Below are positions 63,217-64,000 of a DNA stretch of 64,000 bases, in pieces; within the stretch, counting starts at the first letter, position 1, and every line of letters begins with the position of its first letter. The notes beneath the pieces were generated by a model. That model ran no database searches. It had not been told where the DNA came from and saw only the letters and a list, made by a program, of their open reading frames with translations. This DNA is from Rebecca billardiae RCC1528. Taxonomy: Eukaryota > Protista > Haptophyta. The DNA lies in the NCBI GenBank assembly GCA_965240325.2, contig OZ251224.1, forward strand, positions 3,038,001 to 3,102,000, in the 5' to 3' direction. The translations under genes and the position numbers were made by a program.

Positions 63217-64000
63217 ATGGAGGAGCTCCGCTCTCGCGTGGACCAGTGCCTCCACGGCGGTCCCCCATCGAGTCGACACAGCCATGAGCCGTGGTTCCAA
63301 GCCACGCTGCTCATCGCGTCTCAGCTGCCCGACTGGCTCGTCGTGCCGGCGGGGCCGAATGAACCCTTTGCGCCCCGCACGCCGTCAGCCCTGCTGCTGA
63401 CGGCCGAGGGTTGGGTAGAGGGCTGCATCTCCGCGATGAGTCCGATCATGTCGCGGTGCCATCTGGCCATGACGGACCGGCGCGCCGCCCTCGTCATGTG
63501 GTCCCAGGCCGTGGACGCGTGGGCGGACGGCAACGTGGGCATGGCGCGCGTCTTCTGCTCGGCCGCATACCTCATCGAGGTGGGCACGACCACGCCGGCG
63601 GCGTGGGCGGCGTGCGCCGCTCGATTCCACGCGCCCGATTCGGTGGAGAGGGCAACCCTCGCCGCCCTCGCGCCCAGCGCGGGCCCCGCCGCTGTGTTCG
63701 ACGCCGTGTTCTCGCGCACGCGCGATGCGTGCGCGTGCATGCAAGACTGCGACCGCCTCGGGCTCGGATTCCGGCTGCCGCCGGCCGTGCCCGCGGCGAC
63801 GGCAACGGCCAAGGCACGTGCCGAGGCCTGCCTGCGTGGCGGCGACCTCGCGGGCGCGGACGCCGCCTACCGCGACGCGCAGCGAGCCATCGAGGCCATC
63901 GCGCCTCCCGCGCTGCTTAGCCCACTGGCCCTGGCGCGCGCGGACGCGGCGGCGCTCGCGGCGGCGGCGCGGACGCGCCACATCGCGCCTTTCTCGCAGA
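63217..64000 (+). CDS. Hypothetical protein, partial (runs off the window), possible TPR-like helices
   Basis: Open frame MEELRSRVDQCLHGG...AKARAEACLRGGDLAGADAAYRDA... with host-like codon bias. It is absent from the ORF track because there is no stop in the window. Confidence 0.55.
   Translation, partial: MEELRSRVDQCLHGGPPSSRHSHEPWFQATLLIASQLPDWLVVPAGPNEPFAPRTPSALLLTAEGWVEGCISAMSPIMSRCHLAMTDRRAALVMWSQAVDAWADGNVGMARVFCSAAYLIEVGTTTPAAWAACAARFHAPDSVERATLAALAPSAGPAAVFDAVFSRTRDACACMQDCDRLGLGFRLPPAVPAATATAKARAEACLRGGDLAGADAAYRDAQRAIEAIAPPALLSPLALARADAAALAAAARTRHIAPFSQ

Overview
Very GC-rich, intron-containing eukaryotic DNA (GTGCG...CGCAG introns of about 100-155 nt). It is probably an alga, and a Pavlovales-type haptophyte is my inference. 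Conventional genes: a Zn(II)2Cys6 transcription factor running off the left edge, a signal-peptide DHH/DHHA1-CBS protein, an acylated IQ-motif protein, tubulin-folding cofactor D (4 exons) and a partial ORF at the right edge. There are also three intronless secretory-pathway enzymes (two SAM methyltransferases and one sulfotransferase-like protein). Most of the rest is a dense nest of non-autonomous mobile elements, and many of their ends can be read at base resolution. (i) Two families of Helitron2/Helentron-like elements (6 copies) have asymmetric inverted repeats, a terminal 7-bp GNA-triloop hairpin, AT/(TA)n targets and swappable cargo, including a NACHT-WD40 gene fragment. (ii) Long-TIR foldback elements with CA..TG ends and 7-bp TSDs (P/Galileo-like) range from 1.1 to 6.65 kb, alongside other foldbacks with about 300-bp loops. 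(iii) A Harbinger-like MITE has inserted twice into CCCTGAGGG, and the empty site survives in the sister palindrome arm. (iv) Two TA-flanked Tc1/mariner-type elements, a TRIM-like LTR element, a TIR element flanked by a 670-bp duplication, and a tandem satellite-filled element pair. No intact transposase, CRISPR array, rRNA or tRNA was found.
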